NCBI GenBank assembly: GCA_964572175.1
Contig: CAZNEH010000001.1
Location: forward strand, 9,788 to 73,787
Length of the DNA stretch: 64,000 nt
Direction of reading: 5' to 3'
Source: an uncultured Gammaproteobacteria bacterium
GTDB taxonomy: Bacteria; Patescibacteriota; Patescibacteriia; UBA9570; CAZNEH01
A program made the translations under genes and the position numbers. Of this stretch, positions 36,778-45,976 are shown in pieces; the stretch's first letter is position 1; every line of letters begins with the position of its first letter. The notes below the pieces were generated by a model. The model made no database searches. It saw only the letters and a program-made list of their open reading frames with translations, and was not told where the DNA came from.

Positions 36778-39512
36778 AGTTTAGATATTTATTAATTTTA
36801 TGTGTAGTTTTTTTCCCGCTGGCCGGGCAAGCGTTGACTTTGGATTATGATGGGTGTTGGGAAAAAGAAAGTAGTGCCTCGGCGATAGTCTTGAACATGC
36901 AGGGTTTTGAATGTGAGATTACGGTAGCTGGAAATGTGAATGAACAAATTTCTTTTACAGTAGAGCATGTGGATCCGGATTATTTTTTAGTAGATAATTA
37001 TGATTCTATAACTCGGGATGGAAATGAACTAAGCTTTACTAAAGTTTTAACAGCTAATGAAGAGGTGATAAATATTTCACCTTGGGAAGAGTTGGATGAT
37101 TTTTATTTTGTGGGAATGAGTGATCCGCAGCCAGACTCTGATCAATTATATGATCCGACTCATAAAGGAATTTTACAGCAAGTAGATATTATTAATCCTT
37201 ATTTTACTCTAATAGCCGGAGACCTTACTTTTGGTAGTAACACTGAAGCAGAAGTTCAAATTGATGCTGAGGGTTTTTTGACTGTGATGGAAGAAAATTT
37301 AAATACTTCTTGGTTTACAGCAGTGGGTAATCATGATGTAGAAGTAAGTATGGATTTATATACAGATTATTTTGGGTCAACTTATTATTCTTTTGATTTT
37401 GGAGGGGCGCATTTTATGAGTCTTTCTACAGAAGAAGATGGAGAAGAAAATAGCATAGAAGGAACGCAGTACACTTGGTTGCAGTCTGATTTGGCTAATT
37501 CTAGTGCAGACAAGAAAATTGCTTATTATCATCGGCCGTTAGTACCTCCATCTTGGGCTAGTTACACAGGCTGGGATGACCCTGACCAAGCCACTACTGT
37601 AGCGGGTTTATTTGACCAAAACGGGGTAGATTTGGTGTTAAATGGGCATTCTCATGGTTATGATTACGAGTTAATAGATAGTAGTGATTTTTCTAGTGTC
37701 AGTAACGGATTTTATCAGTTGGTTTCTGCGGGAGCTGGAGGGACTTTAGTTAGCGGAGAGAATCATTATGTATTAGTTCATGTTTCCGATGATGGGGTAG
37801 AGTATGAGAAAATTGATTATGATAGTTTTTATATTACTAAAAGCACAGAAGATTTAAATGACGGTACCGAAGATGAGGTGACAATTACAGTAACTAACTC
37901 TGGAGAAATAGATTGGGACTGGGCTAGAACTAAATTTTTATTAAGTGGATCTTATGTTCATGCTGAGGATCAAGATGGAAATTATTTAGACCATAGTGAT
38001 TATCAATTTGATGATTATCATGTAGTTTACGTAACCAGTGATATTCCAGCGGGAACATCTAAGGAAATTACAGTTAAGAAAAATCATAAAGCTCATACTG
38101 GAGTGACTAATACTTATAATAATGAAGGAAATGTTTCTTATTCAGAAAACCCAGAGAGCAGCGAGACTCAGATAGACTTAGAAGCTCAGACTTCTAAGGG
38201 AACAGCAGCTGTAACTGTTACAGATTGGGAGGGTAAAAGTTGGCAAGAAGTGGCGAGTAAAAAAAGTGTTCAAACAACTTATACAGTCGGTGATTTAACG
38301 GCTGATTATTGCTATGTGGTAAAAGTTAATGATTCTAATTTTGGTCGGTATTGCGCAGATGATGACGGGGCGATTAGTTTTACTTATGATAAAGAAGTTA
38401 AAAACAGAACTTATGAGATTACGGCTGAAACTGATTGGTACCCTGGAAAAGTGGCGGTAGCGCCTTATTCTGATGGTGGGGCACAGGTGAGAATGTTTAA
38501 TTCTAACGGAAAAACATTAGATCAATTTAGAATTTATAAAAATACTTGGGAAGGCGGGTTTAATTTAGCTTGGGGAGACTTAGATGGAGATAGAGAGGGC
38601 GAGTTGATTACTTTACCTAAAGAAGGAAATAGAGCCTTACTGCAAGCGTTTACAGATAGCGGAAGCTTATTAGCTAAGAAGCGAGTTTTTTCTAAAGATT
38701 TTAAAAGTGGAGCGCGGATAGCCGTGGGTGATATTGATGGAAATGGAAAAGACGAGATAGTAGTAGCTGGACCTAAAAGAATTAAAGTTTATAGGTATCG
38801 ATCTAAAAAAGATGATTTTAAATTAATTACTTCAAAAAGTGTTTATGGAGATGATTTTGAAGGAGACTTGCAGGTAGTTTTAGGGCAAGTTAATGATAAT
38901 GATAAGCTAGAAATTTTAGTGGGACCAAATACTGGGCAAGGTAATTTAAAGATTTATAAATTTACTAGCAGTAAATTAAGTTTAATTGGTCAAGAAGAGA
39001 CTCATGTAAATGAATTTGATGGCTTGAGCATAGCCGTAGGTGATATTAATAATAAGGGTAGAGCAGAAATAGCCGTAGCCGCCAATGGGTTAATTAAGTT
39101 TTATAGATTTACTAGTAGTAAAGAGGTAAAGTTTGTTAAGAAAAAAAGACCATATAAAAATTATTACGGAGATTTAGATATAGCTTTGGGAGATTTAAAT
39201 GGTAAGCCAAAAACAGAATTAGTAGTAGCTCCACAAGGAGGTCAAGATTTATTAAAAGTTTATAAGTTTAAGAGTAATAACACTTTTGAGCTACTAGATA
39301 AAAAAGAGCCTTATGGAGAGGGTTATAATTATGGAATGCAGGTGGAATTAGTGGATACTGATGATGATTGTGACATGGAAATAGTTTTAACTCCTTTACA
39401 AGGAAGCCCTAATACTAGGTTATATGATTTTGGGACAGACCTGGATTTAGAGGACTGGTGGTGGGCTTATGACACCGACTTTACAGGTGGGGTAAATGCT
39501 GCTACATTGTAG
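36774..39512 (+). CDS. secreted calcineurin-like metallophosphoesterase fused to FG-GAP-like repeats
   Basis: GDLTFGS and VGNHD phosphoesterase motifs, LNGHSHGY. Later GDLDGD/VGDIDGNGKDEIVVAG repeats. 4-nt overlap with the upstream gene. Confidence 0.7.
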   Translation: MKFRYLLILCVVFFPLAGQALTLDYDGCWEKESSASAIVLNMQGFECEITVAGNVNEQISFTVEHVDPDYFLVDNYDSITRDGNELSFTKVLTANEEVINISPWEELDDFYFVGMSDPQPDSDQLYDPTHKGILQQVDIINPYFTLIAGDLTFGSNTEAEVQIDAEGFLTVMEENLNTSWFTAVGNHDVEVSMDLYTDYFGSTYYSFDFGGAHFMSLSTEEDGEENSIEGTQYTWLQSDLANSSADKKIAYYHRPLVPPSWASYTGWDDPDQATTVAGLFDQNGVDLVLNGHSHGYDYELIDSSDFSSVSNGFYQLVSAGAGGTLVSGENHYVLVHVSDDGVEYEKIDYDSFYITKSTEDLNDGTEDEVTITVTNSGEIDWDWARTKFLLSGSYVHAEDQDGNYLDHSDYQFDDYHVVYVTSDIPAGTSKEITVKKNHKAHTGVTNTYNNEGNVSYSENPESSETQIDLEAQTSKGTAAVTVTDWEGKSWQEVASKKSVQTTYTVGDLTADYCYVVKVNDSNFGRYCADDDGAISFTYDKEVKNRTYEITAETDWYPGKVAVAPYSDGGAQVRMFNSNGKTLDQFRIYKNTWEGGFNLAWGDLDGDREGELITLPKEGNRALLQAFTDSGSLLAKKRVFSKDFKSGARIAVGDIDGNGKDEIVVAGPKRIKVYRYRSKKDDFKLITSKSVYGDDFEGDLQVVLGQVNDNDKLEILVGPNTGQGNLKIYKFTSSKLSLIGQEETHVNEFDGLSIAVGDINNKGRAEIAVAANGLIKFYRFTSSKEVKFVKKKRPYKNYYGDLDIALGDLNGKPKTELVVAPQGGQDLLKVYKFKSNNTFELLDKKEPYGEGYNYGMQVELVDTDDDCDMEIVLTPLQGSPNTRLYDFGTDLDLEDWWWAYDTDFTGGVNAATL

Positions 39513-39551
39513 CCTGAAATAAATAATAAATACGTGCGTATTATATAGTAT

Positions 39552-40100
39552 ATGGACCAAAAATTGGTGTTAGCTGCTTTGAAAAACCCTGATGATTATA
39601 CCCAAATAGTTCAAAAGTACGAAAAGCCTATTTTAAGCTATATTATGCGGATTTCGGGTGTTAGCTACCAAGAGGCCGAAGACATTGGGCAGGAAATATT
39701 TTTAAAAGCATATACTAATTTAAATGATTACGACCAGCGGAGGAAGTTTTCGACTTGGCTTTTTTCGATTGCTCATAACGAGACTATTTCTCATTGGCGA
39801 AAGAATAAAAAGCGTTTAAAAGACTTGGACATAGAAGATGATGTGCTGCAGAATATTTTGCCAGATGAATTTGACATGGTTAAAAATATTGATGATAAAG
39901 TTTTAAAACAAGAAATAAAAGAAGCTATTAAAAAGTTGGATATTAAATATCGGGAAGTTTTGCAGTTGAAGTATTATGATGATTTATCTTATGAAGAGAT
40001 TTCTGATATTATTAAAAAGCCAGTTAATACTGTAGGGACGTTGTTGAATCGAGCCAAGAAGAAGTTAGAAAAGTTATTAGCCAATAAAAAATATGACTAA
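39552..40100 (+). CDS. ECF-type RNA polymerase sigma factor (sigma-70 regions 2 and 4)
   Basis: Region 2 blocks (FLKAYTNLNDYD...FSTWLFSIAHNETISHWR) and region 4 HTH (SYEEISDIIKKPVNTVGTLLNRAKKKL). Confidence 0.85.
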   Translation: MDQKLVLAALKNPDDYTQIVQKYEKPILSYIMRISGVSYQEAEDIGQEIFLKAYTNLNDYDQRRKFSTWLFSIAHNETISHWRKNKKRLKDLDIEDDVLQNILPDEFDMVKNIDDKVLKQEIKEAIKKLDIKYREVLQLKYYDDLSYEEISDIIKKPVNTVGTLLNRAKKKLEKLLANKKYD

Positions 40101-40764
40101 CATAGCCGAAGAGATTAAGAAAAAAATAGAAGAAAAAAAGCTCAAGCCAAAGCCAAGAGTGTGGTTTGTAATTAAGCATGTTTTGTTATTGGCTGGAGCA
40201 GTTGTTTCTCTAATATTTATTAGTTTAGCTTTAAGTTTAAGCTGGGAGATTTTAGAGGATCAAGAAATTTGGGCTTTACGTCGAAAGATATTTTTAATGG
40301 TTGAAGCGATTCCTTATTTTTGGATTGGAATAGCTGTGATTGTGGGAGTCCTTGGTTATTTGGATTTAAAAAAGACTAAGCGAGGGTATAAAGTGCGGCT
40401 ATGGAAGGTTTTAGGAGGAATGGCTTTAGTTTGTTTATTTTTAGCGAGTATATTTTATTTTGTGGGAGTAGCTGAAAAAGCAGAAGAAAGATTAGAAAAG
40501 AGAATGAAGGGGTATCATAAAGTAGTGCCATTTTCCGAACATCATTGGATGCAGCCAGAACGTGGTTTATTAATGGGAGATGTTTTAGATATTTCAGAGG
40601 AAGAAATAGAATTAGAAGATTTAGAAGAAAATTATTGGATAGTAATAATTGAAGAGGATACTAGATTTGGGAAAAAAGGAAAACCAGAAAAAGGCCATAG
40701 AATTAAAGTTTTAGGTGAAGAAGAGGAGGAAGAGTTTAGATTTAAGGCTGAGTTTGTGAAATAA
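40093..40764 (+). CDS. membrane protein, candidate anti-sigma factor
   Basis: Overlaps the sigma factor gene by 8 nt. Three TM helices. Confidence 0.45.
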   Translation: MTNIAEEIKKKIEEKKLKPKPRVWFVIKHVLLLAGAVVSLIFISLALSLSWEILEDQEIWALRRKIFLMVEAIPYFWIGIAVIVGVLGYLDLKKTKRGYKVRLWKVLGGMALVCLFLASIFYFVGVAEKAEERLEKRMKGYHKVVPFSEHHWMQPERGLLMGDVLDISEEEIELEDLEENYWIVIIEEDTRFGKKGKPEKGHRIKVLGEEEEEEFRFKAEFVK

Positions 40765-40820
40765 TATTTTTTAATTGTCGTATTACTTAGTGTCTAGACA
40801 AGATTATTAAAAAAATTATT

Positions 40821-41186
40821 ATGACTAAAAAAAGTAAAGTAATTAGTATTTCATCATTATTAGCAGTAGTTGGGATCGTTGGAGCCCTAGGCTTTGCCGG
40901 AGTCAGCTATGCTCATGAAAGAAATGATGTTGATCATCAAGAGCATCGAGCAGAAATGGATCAAATTTTTGCTGATCGTGACTACGAAGCTTGGAAAGAA
41001 GTAATTGAATCTAAGCCAAAGATCACTGATTATGTAAATGAAGAAAACTTTGATCGTTTTGCAGAGATGCATGAGTTAATGCAAAGCGGCGATAAAGAAG
41101 CAGCTGATGAGATTCGTAAAGAACTAGGCTTGCCTGAGAAAATGGGAAAGAAAGGAAAGGGCATGCACGGAAAAAGATTTCAATAA
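40821..41186 (+). CDS. small secreted hypothetical protein
   Basis: Signal peptide. Followed by the terminator ATCCCC-N14-GGGGAT plus T-run. Confidence 0.5.
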   Translation: MTKKSKVISISSLLAVVGIVGALGFAGVSYAHERNDVDHQEHRAEMDQIFADRDYEAWKEVIESKPKITDYVNEENFDRFAEMHELMQSGDKEAADEIRKELGLPEKMGKKGKGMHGKRFQ

Positions 41187-41195
41187 CATATAAAA

Positions 41196-41228
41196 ATCCC
41201 CCGACTCCTCCGCCAGGGGATTTTTTAT
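41196..41228. terminator. bidirectional rho-independent terminator
   Basis: A5-ATCCCCC...GGGGAT-T7, between convergent genes. Confidence 0.65.
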
Positions 41229-41238
41229 TTACAGATAA

Positions 41239-42129
41239 TTATCTAATGAATTCGCTTTGATATTCAGGGTTTATTTTTTTAGTGAAGCAAATTTCACCAG
41301 TGTCGTGCTCCCAGGTGTTTGCGGGAATGGTCATGTCGTACTTATTACTGAATTCGTAGCCATAGCTAGGGAAGTTGAACTCGGTACAGATTTGATAATG
41401 GGTTTCGTCAGTAATAGTGTATTGATAAGCTTCTTTGTAATCGTCGAAATCAGTAATATTTTCTGGGAGAGCTTTTTGATTATTATAGTAAGAGCTAATA
41501 CTGTAGTCTAGAGATTCTAGGTCATTAATTTTATCTTGGTCGATGTTGCGAAGTCTTTGATTAGCTGGAGAGCCAACAAAGAAGAATCCGGCGATTATAG
41601 CAGCTAGAACAACTATAGAGGTAAAGATAAATAAAAAGCGAAGTTGTTTGTCGTATTTATTTTTTAAGTCAACAATATAGTAACCGAAAACAATTCCGGC
41701 GACAAAGAAGACGGTTAAAACTTTTAAGGCAAAAGCCATGGTTAGGCCGCCGTATAAGAAGCCGATTAATAAGGCAATTAAGTTTCCGATAATTAATAGG
41801 GCAGTAACAAATAAAGTGAAGTAAACTAACCACTTACGTAAAAACATTTCTTTTTTCCAAGCATCTTTGGCATAGCTTTTTTTAATTAGCCAGGTGCTGA
41901 TTACATAAACAGGGTAGGTGATAATTAAAAAGGCCAGTCCACTGCGAATGAGGTCGTAAGCTCCTTCGATTTGATAGGAGTGGATGTAGTCCTCGGCTAA
42001 TAGGTCTGGCATTAATAGGTTGATAATTTGGAAGATAACCACCATAAAGCTGATAGCACTGGCATACAGCATAATGACGGAAAGGAGGTGCATAAACACG
42101 TCCTTGGCGGAGATTGGTTTTTGTTGCAT
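41239..42129 (-). CDS. integral membrane hypothetical protein
   Basis: Multiple TM helices. Confidence 0.55.
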   Translation of the reverse strand: MQQKPISAKDVFMHLLSVIMLYASAISFMVVIFQIINLLMPDLLAEDYIHSYQIEGAYDLIRSGLAFLIITYPVYVISTWLIKKSYAKDAWKKEMFLRKWLVYFTLFVTALLIIGNLIALLIGFLYGGLTMAFALKVLTVFFVAGIVFGYYIVDLKNKYDKQLRFLFIFTSIVVLAAIIAGFFFVGSPANQRLRNIDQDKINDLESLDYSISSYYNNQKALPENITDFDDYKEAYQYTITDETHYQICTEFNFPSYGYEFSNKYDMTIPANTWEHDTGEICFTKKINPEYQSEFIR

Positions 42130-42191
42130 ATTTTTTTATTTTAATGATTCTTTAATTATAACACAATATCTATAAAATAAATAAATTTTAG

Positions 42192-42220
42192 TTGACAGGG
42201 GTAGTTTATTTAGGTAAGAT
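42192..42220 (+). promoter_or_regulatory. sigma-70-type promoter TTGACA-N17-TAAGAT (first cassette)
   Basis: TTGACA 42192..42197, GGGG-containing spacer, TAAGAT 42215..42220. AGGAGG ribosome-binding site at 42241. Confidence 0.6.
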
Positions 42221-42252
42221 ATTTACGAATCCACAAGCAAGAGGAGGAAATC

Positions 42253-42507
42253 TTGCAAGGACAGACACAGAGAGACAAGCATCCGGCCAAGCATGGCTGG
42301 GTCAAGGTCAAGAAGCTGGTGAACAACTCTCGTGGCCGACGGCGCCCGAAGCGCGTCTGGGTCCAGAGCGGCGATGCTCCTGGTAAGAAGGAGGAGCGCA
42401 TCAGGGCCAAGAAGAAGCGCGAGGCTCAGCAGAGAGCGGCAGCTCAAGAGGCCCGGAGGAAAAGGGATGAAGAGGAGCGCCGAGCAGCACGCCGCCGCTG
42501 GTGGTAG
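42253..42507 (+). CDS. highly basic Lys/Arg-rich small protein (84 aa), TTG start
   Basis: AGGAGG lies 6 nt upstream of the TTG start. KRK/RRR-rich sequence. GC-rich codons. Confidence 0.45.
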   Translation: MQGQTQRDKHPAKHGWVKVKKLVNNSRGRRRPKRVWVQSGDAPGKKEERIRAKKKREAQQRAAAQEARRKRDEEERRAARRRWW

Positions 42508-42533
42508 CTGGTTTTCAGCGACGAGTGTGAATA

Positions 42534-42578
42534 CCCCCCCCTGCAGCTCTACGGAGTTGACAGGGGTTATTTTTTTAT
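42534..42578 (+). terminator. terminator hairpin CCCCTG-N17-CAGGGG plus T-run, with the next promoter's -35 (TTGACA) embedded in the 3' arm
   Basis: CCCCCCCTG cagctctacggagttga CAGGGG TTATTTTTTT, followed by TATACT 18 nt after TTGACA. Confidence 0.55.
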
Positions 42579-42624
42579 TCTATACTTACATTACAATTTT
42601 TCAAACCGACGAAGGAAGATTCCC

Positions 42625-42834
42625 ATGAAGATGCTCAAGTGCGAGAACTGTGGATACCCTATGCCAGTATCTGGCAAAATCAACGAAGATGATGGCCTGC
42701 GGTGCCCGATCTGCAACGGGCTGATGAAGAAGCCTGGGGCCGGGGAGCCGACGACCGAGGTGGACATCACCGAACGTCCCTTCATTCCGCCGCGGCCACT
42801 GCCGCCGCCGACCGAGATCCCGGCCTACGCTTAG
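42625..42834 (+). CDS. zinc-ribbon small protein (69 aa)
   Basis: CENC...CPIC pairs. Ribosome-binding site GAAGGAAG. Pro-rich C-terminus. Confidence 0.5.
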   Translation: MKMLKCENCGYPMPVSGKINEDDGLRCPICNGLMKKPGAGEPTTEVDITERPFIPPRPLPPPTEIPAYA

Positions 42835-42961
42835 GCCAAGGACAACTTCGCGGGCATTAGCCCCACGACCCTAGGATGAGATTCATCTGATGGGTCGCTT
42901 TTTTTGACTAAAACAGGGTGGGGTGGTAGGCTAAAGTTAGCGTAAACCAAGGGAGGTACGC

Positions 42962-43348
42962 ATGTGTGAGAAAAGGTATTTCTTCGATGATCGTCAGTCC
43001 ACCCAGTTCAAGTGCGTCTGCGGGGGATCGGTCGTGGTTCTGGAGCATGATGCTCAGGCCGAGAAGATCGGGTGTCAGTCCTGCGGCAAGACGGCTCGGG
43101 TTCGTCCGAGTGCTTCTCCAGACACTCTGATCGAGTGCCAGCCGGAGAAGTGGTCGGGGACGAACTTCTACCTCGAGAACCATGGGCCCGACAAGGGCTG
43201 GACTCACTGCGGCCAGCCCATGGTGATCATCGGTCGTCTGGATGCTCACCTGTGGCCAGTTGGCTGCCAGGTCTGTGGAGCCATGGGCCATGTCGGACAC
43301 AACTCCACGCCCGAGGACTGGCCGCCCGACGGCAGCTGCTCTGGCTAG
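42962..43348 (+). CDS. Cys-rich small protein, family A member 1 (128 aa)
   Basis: Ribosome-binding site AAGGGAGG. Shares HCG(Q/R)(P/T)MVIIG...GCQVCG...H.G.N...W.P with the 45593..45934 product. Confidence 0.55.
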   Translation: MCEKRYFFDDRQSTQFKCVCGGSVVVLEHDAQAEKIGCQSCGKTARVRPSASPDTLIECQPEKWSGTNFYLENHGPDKGWTHCGQPMVIIGRLDAHLWPVGCQVCGAMGHVGHNSTPEDWPPDGSCSG

Positions 43349-43370
43349 AGCACACAACGACTTGTTCGAT

Positions 43371-43404
43371 GACCTATATTGGGGGATATAGGTCATATTT
43401 TTTT
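43371..43404 (+). terminator. rho-independent terminator (GACCTATAT family)
   Basis: GACCTATAT-tggggg-ATATAGGTC plus T-run. Confidence 0.7.
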
Positions 43405-43486
43405 CCGCCTTCGCAGACTGCGGCGGACAAGTTTGACTCTAATGGGGTGGGATGGTAGGGTTAAATTAACAAGGGAGGATTTAGAA

Positions 43487-43882
43487 ATGTCTAAGAGAAG
43501 TGAACCTTTTGACGCTTGCTTGGCTGGCTGGATGGAGTTGGAAGAGATGATGCTTCGGGATCGGCCCCCAGTTCGAGCGAGGAAGCTCAAGAAAGGGATG
43601 CTGAAGCGCTGGTCCTGGGTGACCAATTCCCGCGGGAAAAAGGTTCGGCGTAAGACCTGGGGTAAGCCTGGTCCGCCGCCGAAGCCTCGTTCGGGTAATC
43701 TAGTGGCCTTCAACGCTTCGGATCAGTGGCGGCTGCACCGGGCGGCTGGAGTTAAGAGCCGGAGGGACTGGGATAGGCTGACCACTTGCCAACAGGACGA
43801 GGTTTTTATGAAGGCCCTGGAAGATGGTTTGGAGCCCTTTAGCCTGGTCGATGGCTATCGGCACTTCTGCCGTGGCGACTAA
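43487..43882 (+). CDS. basic small protein (131 aa), start trimmed to the ATG with a ribosome-binding site
   Basis: AGGGAGG lies 7 nt upstream of the ATG at 43487. Promoter TTGACT-N17-TAGGGT at 43433..43461. Confidence 0.5.
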   Translation: MSKRSEPFDACLAGWMELEEMMLRDRPPVRARKLKKGMLKRWSWVTNSRGKKVRRKTWGKPGPPPKPRSGNLVAFNASDQWRLHRAAGVKSRRDWDRLTTCQQDEVFMKALEDGLEPFSLVDGYRHFCRGD

Positions 43883-43991
43883 CCCCTGTTCAACCCGAGT
43901 GGTTGACAGGGGGTATTTTTATTTGGGTTGACCCGGGGAGGGTTTTGTGCTAAGGTTAGGGCGCCTAATTCACAAAGGGAGGGCACACAAA

Positions 43992-44462
43992 ATGCTCGGT
44001 TTGATTTCCAGAGGCTGGCATATGTTCATGGGTCTGTGGGTGGAAGATATCGAGACGGTTCGCGGTGTTCCGCTGAAGCCTGGAGTGGTTCACGACCTCT
44101 TCATCTGCGGTGGCTGGCCGTTCAAGGCCGAGATCGTGCCGGAGTACGTGGCGATCAGGCCCAGGGGCGAGACCTGGCCGCTGGACTACGGTATGATGTC
44201 CAAGAGCTTCCGGCACCGTGACTCCAAGGCGCTGCAGGCCTACAACTGGTCCATGGTGCGTCGGACCGATGGCGGTCCCATGTTCGAGTGCGACCACAAC
44301 ATCTTCGTCCTCCGCGTCCACAAGGGTGAACTTCCTCGACATGATCACTTCATCGCACGCGAGGGGCGTGATTTCTCTGAGGCCCAGGTCTTAGAGGTCA
44401 TCGACGACGAGAAGGATCTGATCATGTGCGTCTGGATCCGCGAGGCCGGGCTCGTCGAGTAG
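43992..44462 (+). CDS. small protein, family B member 1 (156 aa)
   Basis: AGGGAGG ribosome-binding site. N-terminus MLGLISRGWHMFMGLWV is paralogous to MLSWLARPWNSFIGLWV of the 45252..45554 product. The ~70-bp promoter/5'UTR is near-identical to the one at 45182..45251. Confidence 0.55.
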   Translation: MLGLISRGWHMFMGLWVEDIETVRGVPLKPGVVHDLFICGGWPFKAEIVPEYVAIRPRGETWPLDYGMMSKSFRHRDSKALQAYNWSMVRRTDGGPMFECDHNIFVLRVHKGELPRHDHFIAREGRDFSEAQVLEVIDDEKDLIMCVWIREAGLVE

Positions 44463-44484
44463 CGGCGAAGACAACTAGTTCGAT

Positions 44485-44518
44485 GACCTATATCGGGGGG
44501 ATATAGGTCGTTTTTTTA
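44485..44518 (+). terminator. rho-independent terminator (GACCTATAT family)
   Basis: GACCTATAT-cgggggg-ATATAGGTC-G-T7. Confidence 0.7.
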
Positions 44519-44586
44519 TTGACTTAGAGTGGGGGAGATGTTAGGGTAAAAATAGTGTTCAACTTCAACCCCGAGCTCGAGGTGAG

Positions 44587-44799
44587 ATGATGAAAGGTGC
44601 TGCTCTCAGCTGTGTTCCCTGTGACTGGACGGCGACTGATGTGTCCAATGCAAGGTTCTGTCCGTTCTGTGGAGATGATCTGGAGAAGAAGGGAGTCCTG
44701 GGCAAGAAGGTTCCCTTCCGGGTGAAGCTCTTGGCCCGCGTGCCCGTGACCGCGAGGCTCAGGCGCCTGGCTTCTATCTTCGGGGAAGACAAGCGCTAG
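44587..44799 (+). CDS. zinc-ribbon small protein (70 aa)
   Basis: CVPC...CPFC pairs. Promoter TTGACT-N17-TAGGGT at 44519..44547. Confidence 0.5.
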   Translation: MMKGAALSCVPCDWTATDVSNARFCPFCGDDLEKKGVLGKKVPFRVKLLARVPVTARLRRLASIFGEDKR

Positions 44800-44927
44800 A
44801 CAGCGACGACGAGGTAAGTGTGGGCCGTGCCCGCCATAGTCCTGATTCATATCGGGACGACGGCGGGTCTATTTTTTTGACTAAAAAAACAGGGGATGTT
44901 AGAGTATTATTATCAAGGGGGAAAGAC

Positions 44928-45143
44928 ATGGATTTTAGTATTTTTCTAGTGGCAATGATCGTGGCTTCACTGGGCCTGGGTAAACACTTCGTTTTCAGGG
45001 GCGCAGAAAAAATGGATCGCTTCAAAAAGAATACGGGGCGCACCGTTACAGAGCGAGAAGAGGTACACGAGGCAGAGGGCCTTCTTCTGGCAGGGGGCAT
45101 CCTGATTTTCTTGGCGTTCAATGCCGCGATGTTCATTCTTTAG
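44928..45143 (+). CDS. small two-TM membrane protein (71 aa)
   Basis: Ribosome-binding site AAGGGGGA, ATG at 44928. Two hydrophobic helices. Promoter TTGACT-N17-TAGAGT at 44877..44905. Confidence 0.45.
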   Translation: MDFSIFLVAMIVASLGLGKHFVFRGAEKMDRFKKNTGRTVTEREEVHEAEGLLLAGGILIFLAFNAAMFIL

Positions 45144-45251
45144 CCCGCTACAGTCTTCGGACCACGGCGGGTTCTTTTTTTATTTGGGTTGACTCGGGAG
45201 GGTTTTGGTGCTAAGGTAAGGGCGCCTAATTCACAAGGGAGGGCATGTAAG

Positions 45252-45554
45252 ATGTTGTCATGGTTGGCTAGACCGTGGAATTCATTCATTGGTCTGTGGG
45301 TTCATGGTGCCCCTCAGATCGAGGATCAGCAGGTTTCCGAGCCGCTGCAGGTCGACGAGGTCGAGCTGGTGGTCGGGGAGACCTTCTTTTTCCAGAGGGA
45401 CAAGTTCTTCATCGTGATCACCTGGAGTGCTCGCAGCGCGCGGCGTCCGGTGGTCGGCGATCGGATCAAGGGATCGTCTGGGCAGGACGCGATCGTGCTG
45501 TCGACCATTCCTGGAGAGAAGAACAAGTACCTCTGCCGGATCATGATCGACTAG
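45252..45554 (+). CDS. small protein, family B member 2 (100 aa)
   Basis: AGGGAGG ribosome-binding site. Paralogue of the 43992..44462 product. Co-transcribed with the downstream family A gene, with no intervening terminator. Confidence 0.55.
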   Translation: MLSWLARPWNSFIGLWVHGAPQIEDQQVSEPLQVDEVELVVGETFFFQRDKFFIVITWSARSARRPVVGDRIKGSSGQDAIVLSTIPGEKNKYLCRIMID

Positions 45555-45592
45555 GCAGAGCAGAACTACACGAATCACACGAGGAGGTGTGC

Positions 45593-45934
45593 ATGTCGGA
45601 AGCGAGGTACCACAAGAACCACTTCGGTCTGAAGGAGGGCTTCGAGCACTGCGGCCGGACCATGGTGATCATCGGATGTGGCGATCGTCTGGAGACGCTC
45701 GGCTGCCAGGTCTGCGGTCACACGCAGCACTCTGGCATGAACACGGAAAACTGGACGCCCACGTCGACGGATGACGAGGACGACGATCCGGAGGAGGAGT
45801 CAGCGCCTCGGCCCTGGCTTCGAGATTCGGGTCCCAGCTCCTGCGAAGGGTGTACTCGTTACGGGGAGACCTGTTCCGGGTCTACCTTCGGAGAATCGTG
45901 CACCGACGCAGATGATGGACACCGTAGCTGGTGA
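45593..45934 (+). CDS. Cys-rich small protein, family A member 2 (113 aa)
   Basis: AGGAGG ribosome-binding site, ATG at 45593. Motif EHCGRTMVIIGCGDRLETLGCQVCGHTQHSGMN is paralogous to the 42962..43348 product. Confidence 0.55.
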   Translation: MSEARYHKNHFGLKEGFEHCGRTMVIIGCGDRLETLGCQVCGHTQHSGMNTENWTPTSTDDEDDDPEEESAPRPWLRDSGPSSCEGCTRYGETCSGSTFGESCTDADDGHRSW

Positions 45935-45940
45935 TTCCAT

Positions 45941-45976
45941 GACCTACACCGGGGGGATGTAGGTCGTATTTTTTTA
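45941..45976 (+). terminator. rho-independent terminator (GACCTA family)
   Basis: GACCTACA-ccgggggga-TGTAGGTC plus T-run. Confidence 0.7.
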
